Assembly (NCBI GenBank): GCA_965644265.1
Contig: OZ286461.1
Location: forward strand, 44,082,001-44,146,000
DNA length: 64,000 nucleotides
DNA from: Glycera tridactyla
Taxonomy: Eukaryota
Direction of reading: 5' to 3'
The notes beneath the pieces were generated by a model. That model ran no database searches. It saw nothing but the letters and a program-made list of their open reading frames with translations, and was not told the origin of the DNA. Made by a program: the position numbers and the translations under genes. Below are positions 26,841 to 40,546 of this stretch, in pieces. Position 1 is the first letter of the stretch. Every line of letters starts with the position of its first letter.

Positions 26841-27019
26841 NNNNNNNNNNNNNNNNNNNNNNNNNNNNNNNNNNNNNNNNNNNNNNNNNNNNNNNNNNNN
26901 NNNNNNNNNNNNNNNNNNNNNNNNNNNNNNNNNNNNNNNNNNNNNNNNNNNNNNNNNNNNNNNNNNNNNNNNNNNNNNNNNNNNNNNNNNNNNNNNNNNN
27001 NNNNNNNNNNNNNNNNNNN
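26841..27019. other. Assembly gap
   Basis: Run of N. Confidence 1.
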
Positions 27020-27084
27020 CATGTCATGTATACATACATCCACAAATACATGCAGATGGATAGGCATAAATGCACATGGACATT

Positions 27085-27129
27085 AGACAGACAGACAGAC
27101 CGACCGACAGACAGACAGACAGACAGACC

Positions 27130-27164
<35 letters not shown>

Positions 27165-27197
27165 TCTGTCTCTTTCTCACTCACTCACACGCACGCA

Positions 27198-27260
<63 letters not shown>
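27085..27260. repeat. Compound microsatellite (GACA)n, (GCAC)n, (CA)n
   Basis: Direct. Confidence 0.95.
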
Positions 27261-27262
<2 letters not shown>

Positions 27263-29052
27263 TGGTCCAACAAATTGGAATCTTATAATAGAGCAAGGAT
27301 CCTAGATGTCAATCAATCAGTATAAACTCGGGGGTTGACTAATGCTAATTCTCATGTCGTATGGACACTTAAGATGTTGTCTATATTCAGCTATGGGATG
27401 ATCAGATAATATGTCAGTGGGCCATCAGACAACAAACATTTTTTGAGTTTTTGTCTGTGCCTAGCTGTAGACAGCCTCAGCGTGTGTGAACCAACAATTA
27501 GGCACACTTGGCCCGCAGACCACAACCTCACTCATAACACCCTTCTCCATTCCAAATATATAATTAGCCTGCGCATCCTCTCCCACAATTTTCATTTCAG
27601 CGGCTAATGATGTGTACTCACACTCGGATGGTAATTTAACCGCTCACACACATCATCTGTGCCCATGGAGATGGTGTGTCCAAGTGGAAAGAAACTCCGA
27701 GAGTTCAGGTTTCAACACCCCCCCCCCCCCTAAAAAAACCCATGGTATTGAGGCATGAGCAACTGGCATCAGTGTCTTCTTCATGATTATTGATGACAGC
27801 AAATTGGGGTTCACTCCCCCTTTAATGTCTATCTATGAGATGTACCCACTCAACAGCAGGACATGGTGACATGGTAAATTTACTGGGCCTATCAAGCTTT
27901 TCAATGTAAGATGATCTACCAGCCCATTAAGCAAGCCCAGAGCAAGATCATATACAGTAGAACCTGCAACCAGAGACTGCTCTAACTATCAGCAGAAAGC
28001 GGTCTCTCGAAAGAGGTGGTCTTTGATAGTGTCAAATATGGAAGTCGCCCTGGGGAAACGGTTCCCTGTCAGAGGTGGTCTTTCGTCAGGGGTTTCTCGA
28101 GGCAGCTTCCACAGTATTAAGCCTCTGAGTACATTATCAATGTGTGCCTGTTTACTGAGATGACAGATTAGATCCACCATGTTATCTATGTCATATTTGT
28201 CTTGGGAGGGGGGGGGGGATTTCCCAAAAAGGGGATTAAAAACACATGTTACTCTCACCATCATCATGTATGATCATTCAGCATATCCCACTTTGTTACT
28301 GAAATGAATGTCACTATTCATTATCGTTTCAGCTATAGCTAATCAAAGAAGTCAAATGCTGGAGAAAAATTAGATTTGCTAGAATGATTCTCAGAAACAA
28401 TTTTCATTTCAGATAGCACAAAAGTGGCTGTACATACATGAATCCAGTGTGAATCTGGGTCTCATTGATTTGATTGCGAGACTCATTAATTCAGGTGGGA
28501 ACCCATTGTCATTGATACATACAAATCCTGGGGCTCATGCTGTTCCATTTGTAGATAAATCACTGCTTGAGGATCTGGTACCACATATTTTATACATCAT
28601 GCGGATTATGATATGGATGTTATTGAGGCGATATTCGTTATATGGCTAGTGAGAAAATAGCTCTTGAAGAACAAGAAGGCAATGATCCACATTGTCAATC
28701 ATCTAGTCTCCATACTGATTCACGAGAAATGAAACTGCACAAAGCATTACAGTGAAGCCCTAGTTCTCATACAAATGAATGACGAGACCATCTTGAATGT
28801 AAATGTCACAAAAAATATATGTTATAAGAGGTGGCCTTTCATCAGTGGCATATTTGGCTATGTCAAATAAAGAAGCTGGACTGAAAAATCAGTCTCCTGT
28901 TGGAAGTGGTCTCTCTCGTCGCAGGTTGCACCTCAGCAGAACAGCTGGCTAACACTCTCAGTTAATTTCCGGATTATGATTTCAGATTAGTCCAATTGAA
29001 AGATCTAAATATGATGATCATATCAAGGGAGATTCACAGCATTGATACAATA

Positions 29053-29915
29053 CAGTCGAACCTCCCTATAACGACCACCCTCGGTCGCAAGCTAAGTGGT
29101 CGTTATAGAGAGGTGGTCGTTATTGAGAGGTCCTGATGAAAAATACATTCAAACCCATCTGTGACCGGCAAGTGACATTTGGCATGTATAACCATCTTCA
29201 CCATTCCTTCTCCACACAAAGAAGAACCCAGTTTCGCAATCATCAATAAATATCGCCAAATCGATGTGTGTCAGTTGTAATCACTTGTGATAGAACCAAA
29301 ATTTACGAAATATCGACATGATCACCAGAAACGTGATAAAATCGTTCATCAGGCGTAAAGAGCAAGACCATGGCGGCCATTACTGTAAACATCAGGAAGA
29401 ACGAAACTACCCGGATGTGCAAAAGAAACTCGAGTTATTTGCATTTTTTCGAAATTTTCGAGAATGAAGACGATTTTAGTGGTTCTAGAAGGAGATCTTT
29501 CAAGCTGTATAGACGATTTGAAGAAATATGAAGAACTTTCGTTTGAAATTAAAAAATGGTAACGATTTGCGAGCAGTGAGCAAGTGAGCTGATCTGAGCA
29601 GATTTCACGGTGTCGAGTAGACGGCTGAGCGGTTGTTAGTAGGGGGAAGGGGACCGCTAGCTGCTGCTTGGCGGCGGGAAGATGAGTGAGCGGGGTTGTG
29701 AGTTCATCTGAGCACATTTCACGGACTCGAGTACGGCCGTGAGCGGTCGTTATAGGAAGGTTCCCTGGCCAAAAATGGCGGTCGCTGGTCAGAGTTAGGA
29801 GGTGGTCGCTATACAGAGGTCAATTATAGTGAAAAATACTTCAGTCGCGGTCAGGCGTGGTTGTTAAAGCGAGGTGGTTGTTATAGAGAGGTGGTCGTTA
29901 GAGCAGGTTAGACTG
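29053..29915. mobile_element. Long Tc1/mariner-type non-autonomous element with CpG-rich interior
   Basis: CAGTCGAACC...GGTTAGACTG termini with TA flanks; same terminal architecture as the short MITEs. Confidence 0.85.
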
Positions 29916-30356
29916 TATGTCTAATTAAAACATGATGATCTACAAGGCATAGATTGACACATCCTGATACAACATTCAGTAGCTCATCCCAAGTGGCGAG
30001 GAAAAAATGAGGTTAGAATTACAATGTATAACAGTGCAACACATGTGGAGTAGGTTACAAATTGAGGCCACATACATATAAACAGACATCTATGTATAAC
30101 AACGCCAAGCATATCTAATCCTTTGAGCAGCTTCGCTTCAGTCAATTGTGCTGCTACACAAACATGCTGGCACATACCTGACCCACTCAACTACACCACC
30201 CTTTCCTCAGGCTTTTAGTCAGCCAAGTATCCATCAGTCATCCCCAACTACAATGTTTTAGTTTCATCTCATATTACATAAGAGCGTGATAATTTGTATT
30301 TTTACAATTGGAAAAAGATCTAAACAATTTCACCAATTTAAGAACAAATCAAAGTA

Positions 30357-31138
30357 CCGTAAATGACGTAATAATCGCCCATGCTTCAATAAACGCCCAC
30401 CCCCCCAAATTTGAGATGATTCCTAGTCACGGGAAAGTTCCTTTTAATCGCCCAGTCTGCAGATTGCGAATATTGACAAAGGTCGTCGAAGAAGAAGACA
30501 GTTCAAACATGGAGAGATGCCAATCGACACCACTAACGATCAGTTTCAACAATTGCAATTAGCGACGAGCCCAGCGATAGAACAAAGAAAACCGTGTTGA
30601 CAGCTGGTAGAGAAGCCAATTCCCGCCTTGCCCCGGCTATTGTTACATCGTTCACGCTTTATACCCCAATGATTCATAGTGTATATCCATGAAGAGGTGG
30701 TTCCCGCCATTAAAAACACGTGTCAACTCCGAATAAGCATGTATTTCGTGATATTAACGAAAGGCCGGCTTCTTTAAAAGCAATCCGCGCCATTGTTGTG
30801 TCTAGTCACGAGGTCACGAGATGCTGCTGATCATGTGACCTGATCGGATTCAAAATGGCGGCGCACTCGAATCATTATAGCTGCCATGTGTTTTCATCAC
30901 GTTTATGGCGAAAACGATCGTCAAACACTCTAGTAGTCATTTATCGCGCGATTTTTACCATTTATTGACTCGCGGCTGTATGGTAGGCATTCAGAGAGCG
31001 ATCGGGATCGGCGAAAAACATCGTTTTCAGCATCAGTCTTCAACCGGTAAGGACATGTCCCAAATAATCGCCCACCCCCTGTCTCCACTCAGCGATGGTC
31101 CTAATAAACGCCCAGGGCGATTATTACGTCATTTACGG
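30357..31138. mobile_element. Tc1/mariner/pogo-type non-autonomous element
   Basis: Perfect 24-bp TIR CCGTAAATGACGTAATAATCGCCC / GGGCGATTATTACGTCATTTACGG with TA on both flanks. Confidence 0.9.
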
Positions 31139-34100
31139 TATGTTTTCTCCAAGACCTACCGGTAGTTGAACAAAAAAATAATAATAGAATCTGTAGTACA
31201 TGCAGGTGAATCTTGCCAGTCGATGATTTACTTATGCTGATAGAATTTGTGATACTTGGGAGTGAAGATTACTAGTCGAACCTGCTCAAGAGGCCACCTC
31301 TATACTAGGTCACCTGCTTACAAAAGCCACCCTGGGATGCGACTGTGATGGCTGTTCCTAGAGTAAACAACCTCTCTACAAAGGTCACCTGTCTACAAAG
31401 ACCACTTTTTGGTGTGACAAACGGTGGTATTTGTAGACACAGCCAACTGTATCAACTCACATGAACTATTTCCTTTCAAGAGCAATAACAGAATTTGTGA
31501 TGAGTGGATATTACTAGTTACTGATTCTGTCACTTTATTAAATCTCGGCCCCCAAAAAATAATTGTGTCCATCAGAATGGTGAATTTCGATCTTGTAGCA
31601 TATGTTTTTTCTCATCTTCACTAAGGACATTCGTCGTTTTCAACAATGTATGAGTCATTTCACCAATCAGCAGTATTCAACTTGAATGTAGAAAACCAAA
31701 TACAATCCCATATCATTTTCCACATACAAAAATCTCAATGGAAACGGCAGGAAGTCCACTACCCAGAGTTCCCATGAGTTACCTCCAAATCCAAATTACA
31801 AAACAATTATAGAGGGAATGTTGCTGTTGTTGTATTGTTGTTGCCATTTGGCTCCTACAAAGTGTTGAGGCAGGGAGATTTTCTGACCCCCTGAATATAG
31901 AAATATATCACCGTGGAATAGACTGTCAGAGTTATTTATAGTGATAGGATGTCTAGAATGAGCTGATGTCATCAGTGTGATGGTTCTCCCTAATGTAGAT
32001 ATGTATAATGATGCTGCAGCCCGCAGACTCTGGGTTAAACAGCACCCAACATCCACTTCCCCAACATTATCCTCCATCCTTTATCACTATCCATATCTCG
32101 CTGACATAGAACAGCTGATAAACTAAAGTATTTTAATGGCCCATAATGTAATAAAAACACTGACCTGATAGTAATCACAATCTTTTGTTCATCCTTTAAG
32201 ATGATATGTGACAGGTGCATTCTGACAGCCCCCCCCCCCCCCCCCCCCCCCAAAAAAAAAGAAGATTACTTTGAAATCCCGGACCTCTCATTTTTTGAAA
32301 ACTTCTGCTCAAAATTATTTATGCCTGGCATTTTCATTTTTACTGCAGTGGCAAGGCAAGCCAGTTACTACACACCCACCTTCAACTGTGTAACCTTGAA
32401 CACCATACCCATACCTTCCAAGGAGGAGATGTTTTACTGCTTTCAATTTACGGACCTGCACAAATGGCAGGCCAAAGCATCAGAGCCCTGAAGGCCACTT
32501 TCTGGAGAAATTCAGGACAGTGTCGAAGCGCAGGTTTACCAGTTCAACTAAAATACTACAATATATTGTTGGAATGCCTGCAATGAAAATATATTGTCCA
32601 AGTGGAGATAATGACCAGCTCTGGTATGTTGCCTGTATTCCTATATTGTTGGGATTAGGGGCGGAGGACTTCAAAACAGGCAATATGGAATAGCTGGCAA
32701 CCTGCCAATGAGAACCCCCCCCCCCCCCATGTTAAACTGGTTAAACCACTGACACTACAATGGGAATTGGTGCCTACTTTTGATATCAATTAATTGGAAT
32801 TCATATTTGTTAATTAATCTATCAAAATCGAGGTTCAGTCAACCCCCGATGAAGATTATCAGGTGATGGGGGATGGTGACGGACAAAGGCATGAAAACTG
32901 GGAAGGTCAGCTGAGTTCACCAGTAAAAGCCAAAAGTTGCTAGGGAGTGACTGAGACAAATATACAGGCTGTGATGACATCAAACATATCCACCTGCACT
33001 GTGGGCAGTACAATTCAGATCTATCTGCTCCTTCAAAATTCTGCATGCCTCCATTATATGTTCATTGCATCTATTATCAATTTCCACTTGCCCACCTTGG
33101 AAATCAACCTGCCCTGGACAGGTCAGAAGACACCTCGTCATACCTTGATATATTCAAGAAAACAATGACCGTGACATTTTGTTTGTTTTAGAAAAATACA
33201 GGTATCCTGTTTTGCTGAAAATGGAATGCAATAAAATCAATCACAGCTTTGTAATATTAATTTAGGAGAATGAACCCATCGAAGGAAACTGTGGTTTTTG
33301 AACCCAAACAAAGAAACAAACTTGCTCAATATTTCACCAACCCTCAAACATATCATCATACACAAAAATGTGCTTATGTACCTGCCCCTTTGGGCGGTCT
33401 GATTATTGAAACAACTGTCCCCTAACAATCAATTTGCCTGCATAGAGCCCTGACTGAAGCCCACATCATTTGGCTGAGGAATCCCACTCATCCTCAGCCG
33501 AATTGCCGGAAAAAAAATTCCGAGCCATTCTCCAAGATCATCAATTGCCAGCAAGAAAAGGTTTCATAGACAAATCAATTTCAGAATCTTCCAAGCACAG
33601 AAATCTTACATTGGCCGCATATCTATGGTGTAGAATTCCAAAATATCTATGGAAAACTGGTTTTACAAACTTGACAGAAATTGGTAAAAGTATTGGCAGA
33701 TGTGACACCATTGTTTCAGCCCAATTCATCAGATTTCTGTCTCAAACCCTAGAACATAGCTCAGAGCAATTTTCACCACTGTAAAAACCATACATAAGTA
33801 GAGTATAGTGACATGCTCATATTGCTGCAGGGTGCAAAGACCTCAAAAATATCCACCTTCCACTACATAGGTACATTTCAAATCTACCTCCCCCCTTTAA
33901 AAAGATGTTCATTACATTTATTATTATTTTCCATCCATTCATTGTGCAGTTGAAGTTGAAACTAGAGCTTCGTCATAGAGGTGACTAAAATCCCCCCACC
34001 ACCACTTTGATACTAAGAATGTATGCAATATGGCCAAGGTACAGCTGACCTGTCTACAATAAGGCCACCTCCTGTCACACCAAGAAGTGGCCTTTGTAGA

Positions 34101-34236
34101 CAGGTGGTTTTAACAGAGGTCATTTACTGGTGAAGAAAAAAATCATGGTCGCAGCTCAGGGTGACATTTATAGGCAGGTGGTCTTTATAGAGAGGTGGTC
34201 TATCAAGCAGGATTGACGATGAGAGTGTATGCATAT

Positions 34237-36838
34237 GGGTCATTCCATGGTATTTTTCCGTTGCGGACGGACACTTTGCAGACATAATTCTGATCTCTTG
34301 ATAAAACATAACACCAAACCAAAACTTTTCCTATGCCAATTCATTATACATACAAGACTCAACATATCACAGGCATTTTTTTTATCATTGACTCTCACAT
34401 GTTGGTTGTGGGGGCATTTTTCCGACCGTTGCGGACGGACACTTTTGGGACAAGGGTTTTGAGGTACAGTCACAAAGTCAAAAAATTCTGCTCTGTTTAC
34501 AGATAAATATTTAGTAACTGGGCTTGATAAGTATCTTGAGTATATGCCTAGAGCATATGAAAAGTGATCTTGACCAAAGCTCCAGAAAATTCAGAAAAAT
34601 CTGAAAAAATGTTGCGTTGCGGACGGACACTTTTGACCGTTGCGGACGGACACTTTTGTCCATGCTATATGAGGTGTTCCGAAAATGTTTCTCACATCCT
34701 GGTAAAACATTCAAATATTTTCCTGTACTATTTTAATTAAAGATAACAAGTATTTAAGTATTTGTGGATAATTATTTTGCCATTTTTCACCCTTTTTCAC
34801 TAAATTTTAGTCCTTTGACAATTTTTTCTCTCCCAAATCATGAAAATGTCAATTTCCAGTCACTTAGTCAGACATTTTTTGCTCTGTTTATGGACAATGA
34901 TTCAGTAATTTGGTATGATAAGCAACTTCAATCTATGAATGAAACATATGGTTAGAGATTTTTACTAGAGCTTCGAAAAAACCCAAAAAATCTGAAAAAA
35001 TATTGCGTTGCAGATGGACACTTTTGACCGTTGCGGACGGACACTTCTGTCGGTTACATGAAGTGTACCAAAATAGTTTCCCACATCCTGGAGAAACATT
35101 CAAATATCTTCCTGTACTATTTCGCTCAAAGTTAAGGCGTATCTAGGTATATGTGGGTTAATATTTTGTCATTTTCCGCCCTTTTCACTCAATTTTAGCC
35201 CTTTTACGATTTTTTTCTCTCCCAAAACAGGAAAATATCAATCTCCAGTCACCTAAGTCTGACATTTTTTGCTCTGTTTATGGACAATTATTCAGTAACT
35301 GGGCCTAATGAGCATCTTCAGTCCATGTCTGAAACATATGAAGAGATTTTCACAGGAGCTCTCAAAAATCAGGGAAAAAACATGGAAAAATGGTGTGTTG
35401 CGGACAGGCACTTGACCGCTGTGGATGGACACACTTGTCCTTGTTATGTGAGGTGTACTAAAACAATTTACCATACCCTGGAAATACATGTGTATATCTT
35501 CTTATATTAAGTATATTAATTACAGATGAGGAGCATAATGATATTTCTATGAAATCATTCTGTCATTTTTCTCCTGTTTTTCTCAAATTTCACCTTTTTC
35601 ACCAATTTTTCTCAAAATCATGAAAATATCCAATTTTTAGTTTCATTCACAGGAAGTGAGTTCTTCTTCAATAGAACAAATGTATGGTTCAGGTGACTCT
35701 TTGTTAGTGATGACCTGCAGGTATTAGTGTGCCTGATGCATCCCCTCCCTACTTGCTCACCCACCCTTCTAACTGTGAGGGGGGGGGGGGGGTGCTCTAT
35801 CTATCTATAGACCCACCCTAGATCTGCTCACTGCTTGCAACATGGTTACACTGCTCAGTGCAGGTCACCTCCTCATCACTCACTCCACCCTCCCAGCTGG
35901 CTTGCTCAGCAAGGTGTGGTGGAGGAGTGGGGGGGGGGGGGGCTAAGACATTAAAACACATGGTGAGGGCACTCGACCCTTCCTTCATTGCAACAGTATT
36001 CATATTGTTTTCAACCAATGAATTAAGTGGGTTATTCTCCATGCCAAATTTGCTCGGCATATTCCCCAAGTCAGACCATATGATCAGATCCAAGGTTGCA
36101 AGTTGTGATTGGAAGACACATTTTTCGATGAAATTTTCGGGATCATCTGAGCATGAAAGGGTCAAGGGGTGGAATAATCAATGACCTTTATATTGTAAGT
36201 ATTTCAAGTGATATCCAAAATGAGCTAAACCTTTATTGGTAGATTTTTTTTACCAAACACTGAGTGTTGCTGATAGATGCTTTTAGGGCGTTGCGGACGG
36301 ACACTTTTTGAGCGTTGCGGACGGACACTTTTTTAAATCTTAATAAAAAAAAAAGTTGCAGAGATATTTATTCATAACTCGCCACCTACCATCATCTCTG
36401 CATTTTCTAAGAGGAACTGAAGTCTTGAAAAAAACAATTTGAAATTTCTTCAAAAAAAGTAAACTTCTGAAGGTTGAGTGTTGCGGACAGACATTATTTT
36501 TTCAAAAAATTGAATTTTTTTCAAAAATTCCCCCAAATCTGGACCAAAACTATAGTTTTCATAAATAACATAGGTGAAGGATGTCTGTTATCAAATTTGA
36601 GACTCGTATGATTTTGCAAATCAAAGTTATGGCAATATAAAATTTGTCCGTCCGCAACGCTGAAAAAGGTGACTTTTTACCCCAAAACCGCTATATCTAC
36701 CAAAGTCTCCAAATTCTGACCAAAACGAAGTTGTTCCTCGACACTTGAACTTGTTGACAATGATTTGGAATGAAAATTTCAGCTGACCACTAAGTTTGAA
36801 AAATGAAAGTGCATGTCCGGAATACCATGGAATGACCC
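34237..36838. mobile_element. Non-autonomous DNA transposon with 4-bp TSD (Sola-like), 2.6 kb
   Basis: Perfect 18-bp TIR GGGTCATTCCATGGTATT / AATACCATGGAATGACCC; ATAT at 34233-34236 and 36839-36842; internal ~390-bp tandem units and repeated GTTGCGGACGGACAC motif. Confidence 0.8.
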
Positions 36839-36989
36839 ATATGTGTGTTCATGTGTTGAGGGTGTGTTATGTAATTGTGGAGAAAGCGAAGAAATGGACA
36901 AGTCATGGAGGAGAGCAACAGTAGCACGTCTATTACCAGAGAAAAAGCCAAGGGAATTGTGAGAGGCCTTACGCCATACAGACAATTGA

Positions 36990-37258
36990 ATGAACCTGGT
37001 CAATTCCACTGTCGCAATGAATTCCAAACTTACAGATACAACCAAATACACAGATACAACCAAATTTCTTTTTTTCTTGAATAACTCTGCATGAAAATTG
37101 TGTCTTGCACATCTACACTTTGTGGTGATGACATATGCCAAGTCTCAATCCAATAGCTTGAGAAATGTGGGAGTAGTTCACGGGACAGACCAACTGACCG
37201 ACCTACAGAGTGACTCCAGTATACCCCCTCCCAAACTTTGTTTGGGCGGGGGTATAAC
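36990..37258 (-). mobile_element. HINE-like fragment (one terminus)
   Basis: Terminal inverted segment TATACCCC..CCCAAAC..GTTTGGG..GGGGTATA next to a GACC/GACA-type microsatellite; the other end was not found. Confidence 0.5.
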
Positions 37259-38990
37259 AACCTGCCTACCTTAAAATTCTACCAGCCCTGGGCAGGTGGG
37301 AGGCCATCTCTTGCCCTGTGCTCAGGTGAAACTGGGCTCGTGATGAAATACATCTGCCAGCAGGATCATGCAGCAGTACAGGAGTAACCAATTACCACAA
37401 AAATCAACGCGCAATCTCATTACCTAACCCAACATATAGGTATTTCCCCACTAATCCTAGTCCGGTGATGCACTTTCTAGCGCATCTTGATTATTTCATG
37501 CACTCTAGATGTATGTGGGCTCATTTTCATCAACATACAATTATGAACATATGTTCCAAAATAAATTGGCTATTCAATAAGAAATGCATTTCTGGCACTG
37601 TCTTATCGATATATTATCGCGACTCGCATGATGCTTAAAAGGAGTCACTCTTAACAGTCAGTTGGTGTTTGCAGGAAACATTATCATTTTGGAGAAAATA
37701 CATTACTTCAAACCTGTAAAGATACATTGAAACCTGCAACTAGAGAGCCCTGGTGAGAGACTACCTCCGTGGTGAGACCACTTCTTCGAGGCAGCGTTCT
37801 TATCTGACCATGTCAAATATACCTCTGAAGAGAGACCACTTTTTGGTGACATTATTAGGGTGATTTTGCCATATTGAGAGCAATTGACCTCCCCAGTTGA
37901 CTGTACAAGCAATTATCTTCGAAATTGAAAACTTATCAATTTCTTAGCTCATAAAATAGCAAGCTTCATTATGTGAAAAATATGGAATGCACATGTTGTT
38001 TCACACCATCGGATAGCCCACTTGATGTATTCAAACGGCATTATCTATTCGGTTTCCTGGGTAGTGTTTTCACCTGGCCACACTACCAAGCTCATTACTT
38101 CCATTTACAGTGTATTTGAAACATCATGGTATTGCCTGAAACCCCCCCCCCCCCAGGAAGTCAATTTCTAGATTGGACACTGACATTCATTTGGGGACCC
38201 ATGCCCTTTGGTGGTTGCAATCAACAGAGTCTCTGAACTCCTAACCTATCCCTGTGGTAGGATGGTTGGTATGGGTACATGGATGGATAAATGACTTGTC
38301 AGATGGATGGTCTGTCTGCCCACCTATAAAATCAACCTGCCCTGCTTATATATGCGAACAATTTATTATCAGTTTCTATCTGCTCACCTGCAATAGTCAG
38401 GGTGTGATGAGATGGTCTCCCACCTGCCCCTTGCAGGTGGATTTCCAAGGTGGGCAGGTTGATTTTGAAACCTACCTGCCTGATGGACAGGTAGAAAATG
38501 ATAATAAATGCAATGAACACAATGGAAACATGATGAATTTTGAAGGGCGCAGGTAGATCTGAAAATGCACCTGCCCACCAGGCAAGTGAAAATCTACCTG
38601 CCCCGGGCAGGTGGGCAGCTATCTCTTCTTGACCTGTGTATTCATTCACCCCCTGCCCATGTCCATTGGTGGCTGCCAACTATGACCCAGGACTTTCACC
38701 TTAATACACTCCCATTGGTGAGTTCACATGAAATATGTCTTCACTTGATAATTTTGACAATGATTTGGAAAGACATCTTTTGTTGGTTGAATCAAATTGT
38801 GGTGTACTGTCTTCACAATAAATTCATCACTTTCTCATTACCTGGAATATTTACACTCACTCATCAGAAAATGAGTTTGGTTTTTTCTCTCTCTCTTAAA
38901 ACCCGATTCACACTCACTCGGATTCAGGGGACTGGCTGAATTCAAAGACTGATATAGTTTCCTGAAGAAAATGTTTTCCTGTACACTTAC

Positions 38991-39922
38991 CTATGGGGTT
39001 CTGGTTGGATGCTAATTTGATCGCTTTTGAGTAACACAATGGCAACAAGGGAGCAAATACAGTCAACATGAGATGACAGTGAATGGAACCAAGTGGTTGT
39101 CCAAACTTTCTGTAAATGCCAGTCATACAATTCATGGAGTATGGTATAGGTTGCATGGCAGTTGTGCTTTTTGTGATCTCCGTTGGAGATCACTATGCTA
39201 CCACCTCTCTGCTCGAAATGCTTTCTAACTTCGCCGATTCTGACACTGGTGGCTGATATAATCAAACGAATATTGATTGGATCTGTGTAAATGGATGGAA
39301 TGATCTTATCTAACACAATTTTAAGATGATTTATTGATCTGATGAACGACAATTTGAGGAAATGTACCGATTACGTAATAGAAAATTCTCTCAAAACTCG
39401 TTTTTGTTGCCGATTACCGAAGCACACAGATACGATCGCTCAGAGATGTATAGCTACGCACATATAGTAAATGCCTGTCAATCAAGCTCGTTGGGCACAC
39501 CCACTTCGATGTTGACATGTGAATCCTGATTTCTGATAGGCTGGTTTTACAAACGCTATCTACAACTTCATTCATTAATCGGCGCATTGATCCATGAAAC
39601 CTGGTAATGAGGTGTGAAGAAGAAGCACTACTCTACTCTCCTACGAACCATAATATCAACCAAAACACAGATTTTTAGAGATTTATACATGGAGGTAAGG
39701 TAAATGGATGTTGAGGAACCAAGAGAGAGACAGACAGACAGACAGATTTGGTGAAAGTAGTCCCGGCTCCGAACCTAATCAACATGAATGACAGCGATTT
39801 GACGAACTTTTTGCGAACGCTTCTGTTTGTGATGAAATGTGGCCATAATCTTACAAGACAAATCCACGGGTGGCTCGCTGCACCATATTCCTGAAGGAGG
39901 GCTCGTCAATATCCCCATCCAT
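38991..39922 (-). CDS. Tentative unknown gene, head-to-head with RPS2 (two coding exons recovered)
   Basis: ATG 39922 (MDGDIDEPSFRNMVQRATRGFV), GTAAGA donor after 39855, in-phase exon 38991-39338 (SINHLKIVLDK...HELYDWHLQK...PEPH), GTAAGT donor; upstream UTR-type donor at 40093. Downstream exons not resolved; no homology recognised. Confidence 0.5.
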
Positions 39923-40439
39923 CCGTCTTTTTCTCAGTCTGTGTCTGTTTTTTTTTCTCTCTCTCTATTTCCGAGATCTCTCGGCACCCCTGGGCGGTCT
40001 TGTTTCAAGTTGCTTGGCATACTGGCATTGGTAGGGGGAGCTGTCAAACTCAAAAATGGTGATTCAGTGAAAAACTGGGTTGTCAGAACTTACCTTCAGG
40101 TGCGGTGATCAAAAACACTCATATGGACTAGCCAGGGTATTCTTGTAATTGTTTTCCTTAAACCCGACTGAATAATGCTCAGTTATGTTGACAGTAGTCA
40201 TGGTTCATTGCCGATTATCACATCTCGATCCTTTCATGAATTTCTGTCACCCACTGACACAACAATGAATCGCGAGTTGGAATGCAGATCGGACAGGGAT
40301 CTCTTTCCAACGCAAATGGTCAAGAAATCGGTGATGTTTACGGCAGATATAACAGCGTGTTACATTGTCGACATTGTTCACTATAAATACCAACAAATGT
40401 CCGCAAAAGTTGGCAAAACTACCCCCAATACACAACCTG

Positions 40440-40546
40440 TCAAGATCTTCAAGATCTTGTGAACCGTGAAATCTCGCGAAACATCGCGTTACTTCCCGCG
40501 TTACTTCCGGTGAAGCCTCCCTTTCGTTCTTATTAGAAATCATCAC
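40440..40546 (+). promoter_or_regulatory. RPS2: RPS2 core promoter and non-coding exon 1 (TCT/5'TOP start)
   Basis: Pyrimidine tract CCTCCCTTTCGTTCTT ~40516-40531, ETS-type ACTTCCGG 40503-40510, TCTCGCGAA 40472-40480, GTAAGT donor at 40547; typical ribosomal-protein gene layout. Confidence 0.75.

Noticed and set aside
24821-27325. His/Thr/Pro- and Val/Cys-rich ORFs, and ORFs running through N
   Set aside because: Products of low-complexity tracts, microsatellites and the assembly gap.
29349-29717. 122-aa ORF
   Set aside because: Lies inside a TA-flanked non-autonomous element and shows no transposase or other motif.
35818-36184. Overlapping 115-aa and 108-aa ORFs
   Set aside because: Inside the 4-bp-TSD element, cross a homopolymer run, no convincing donor or recognisable domain.
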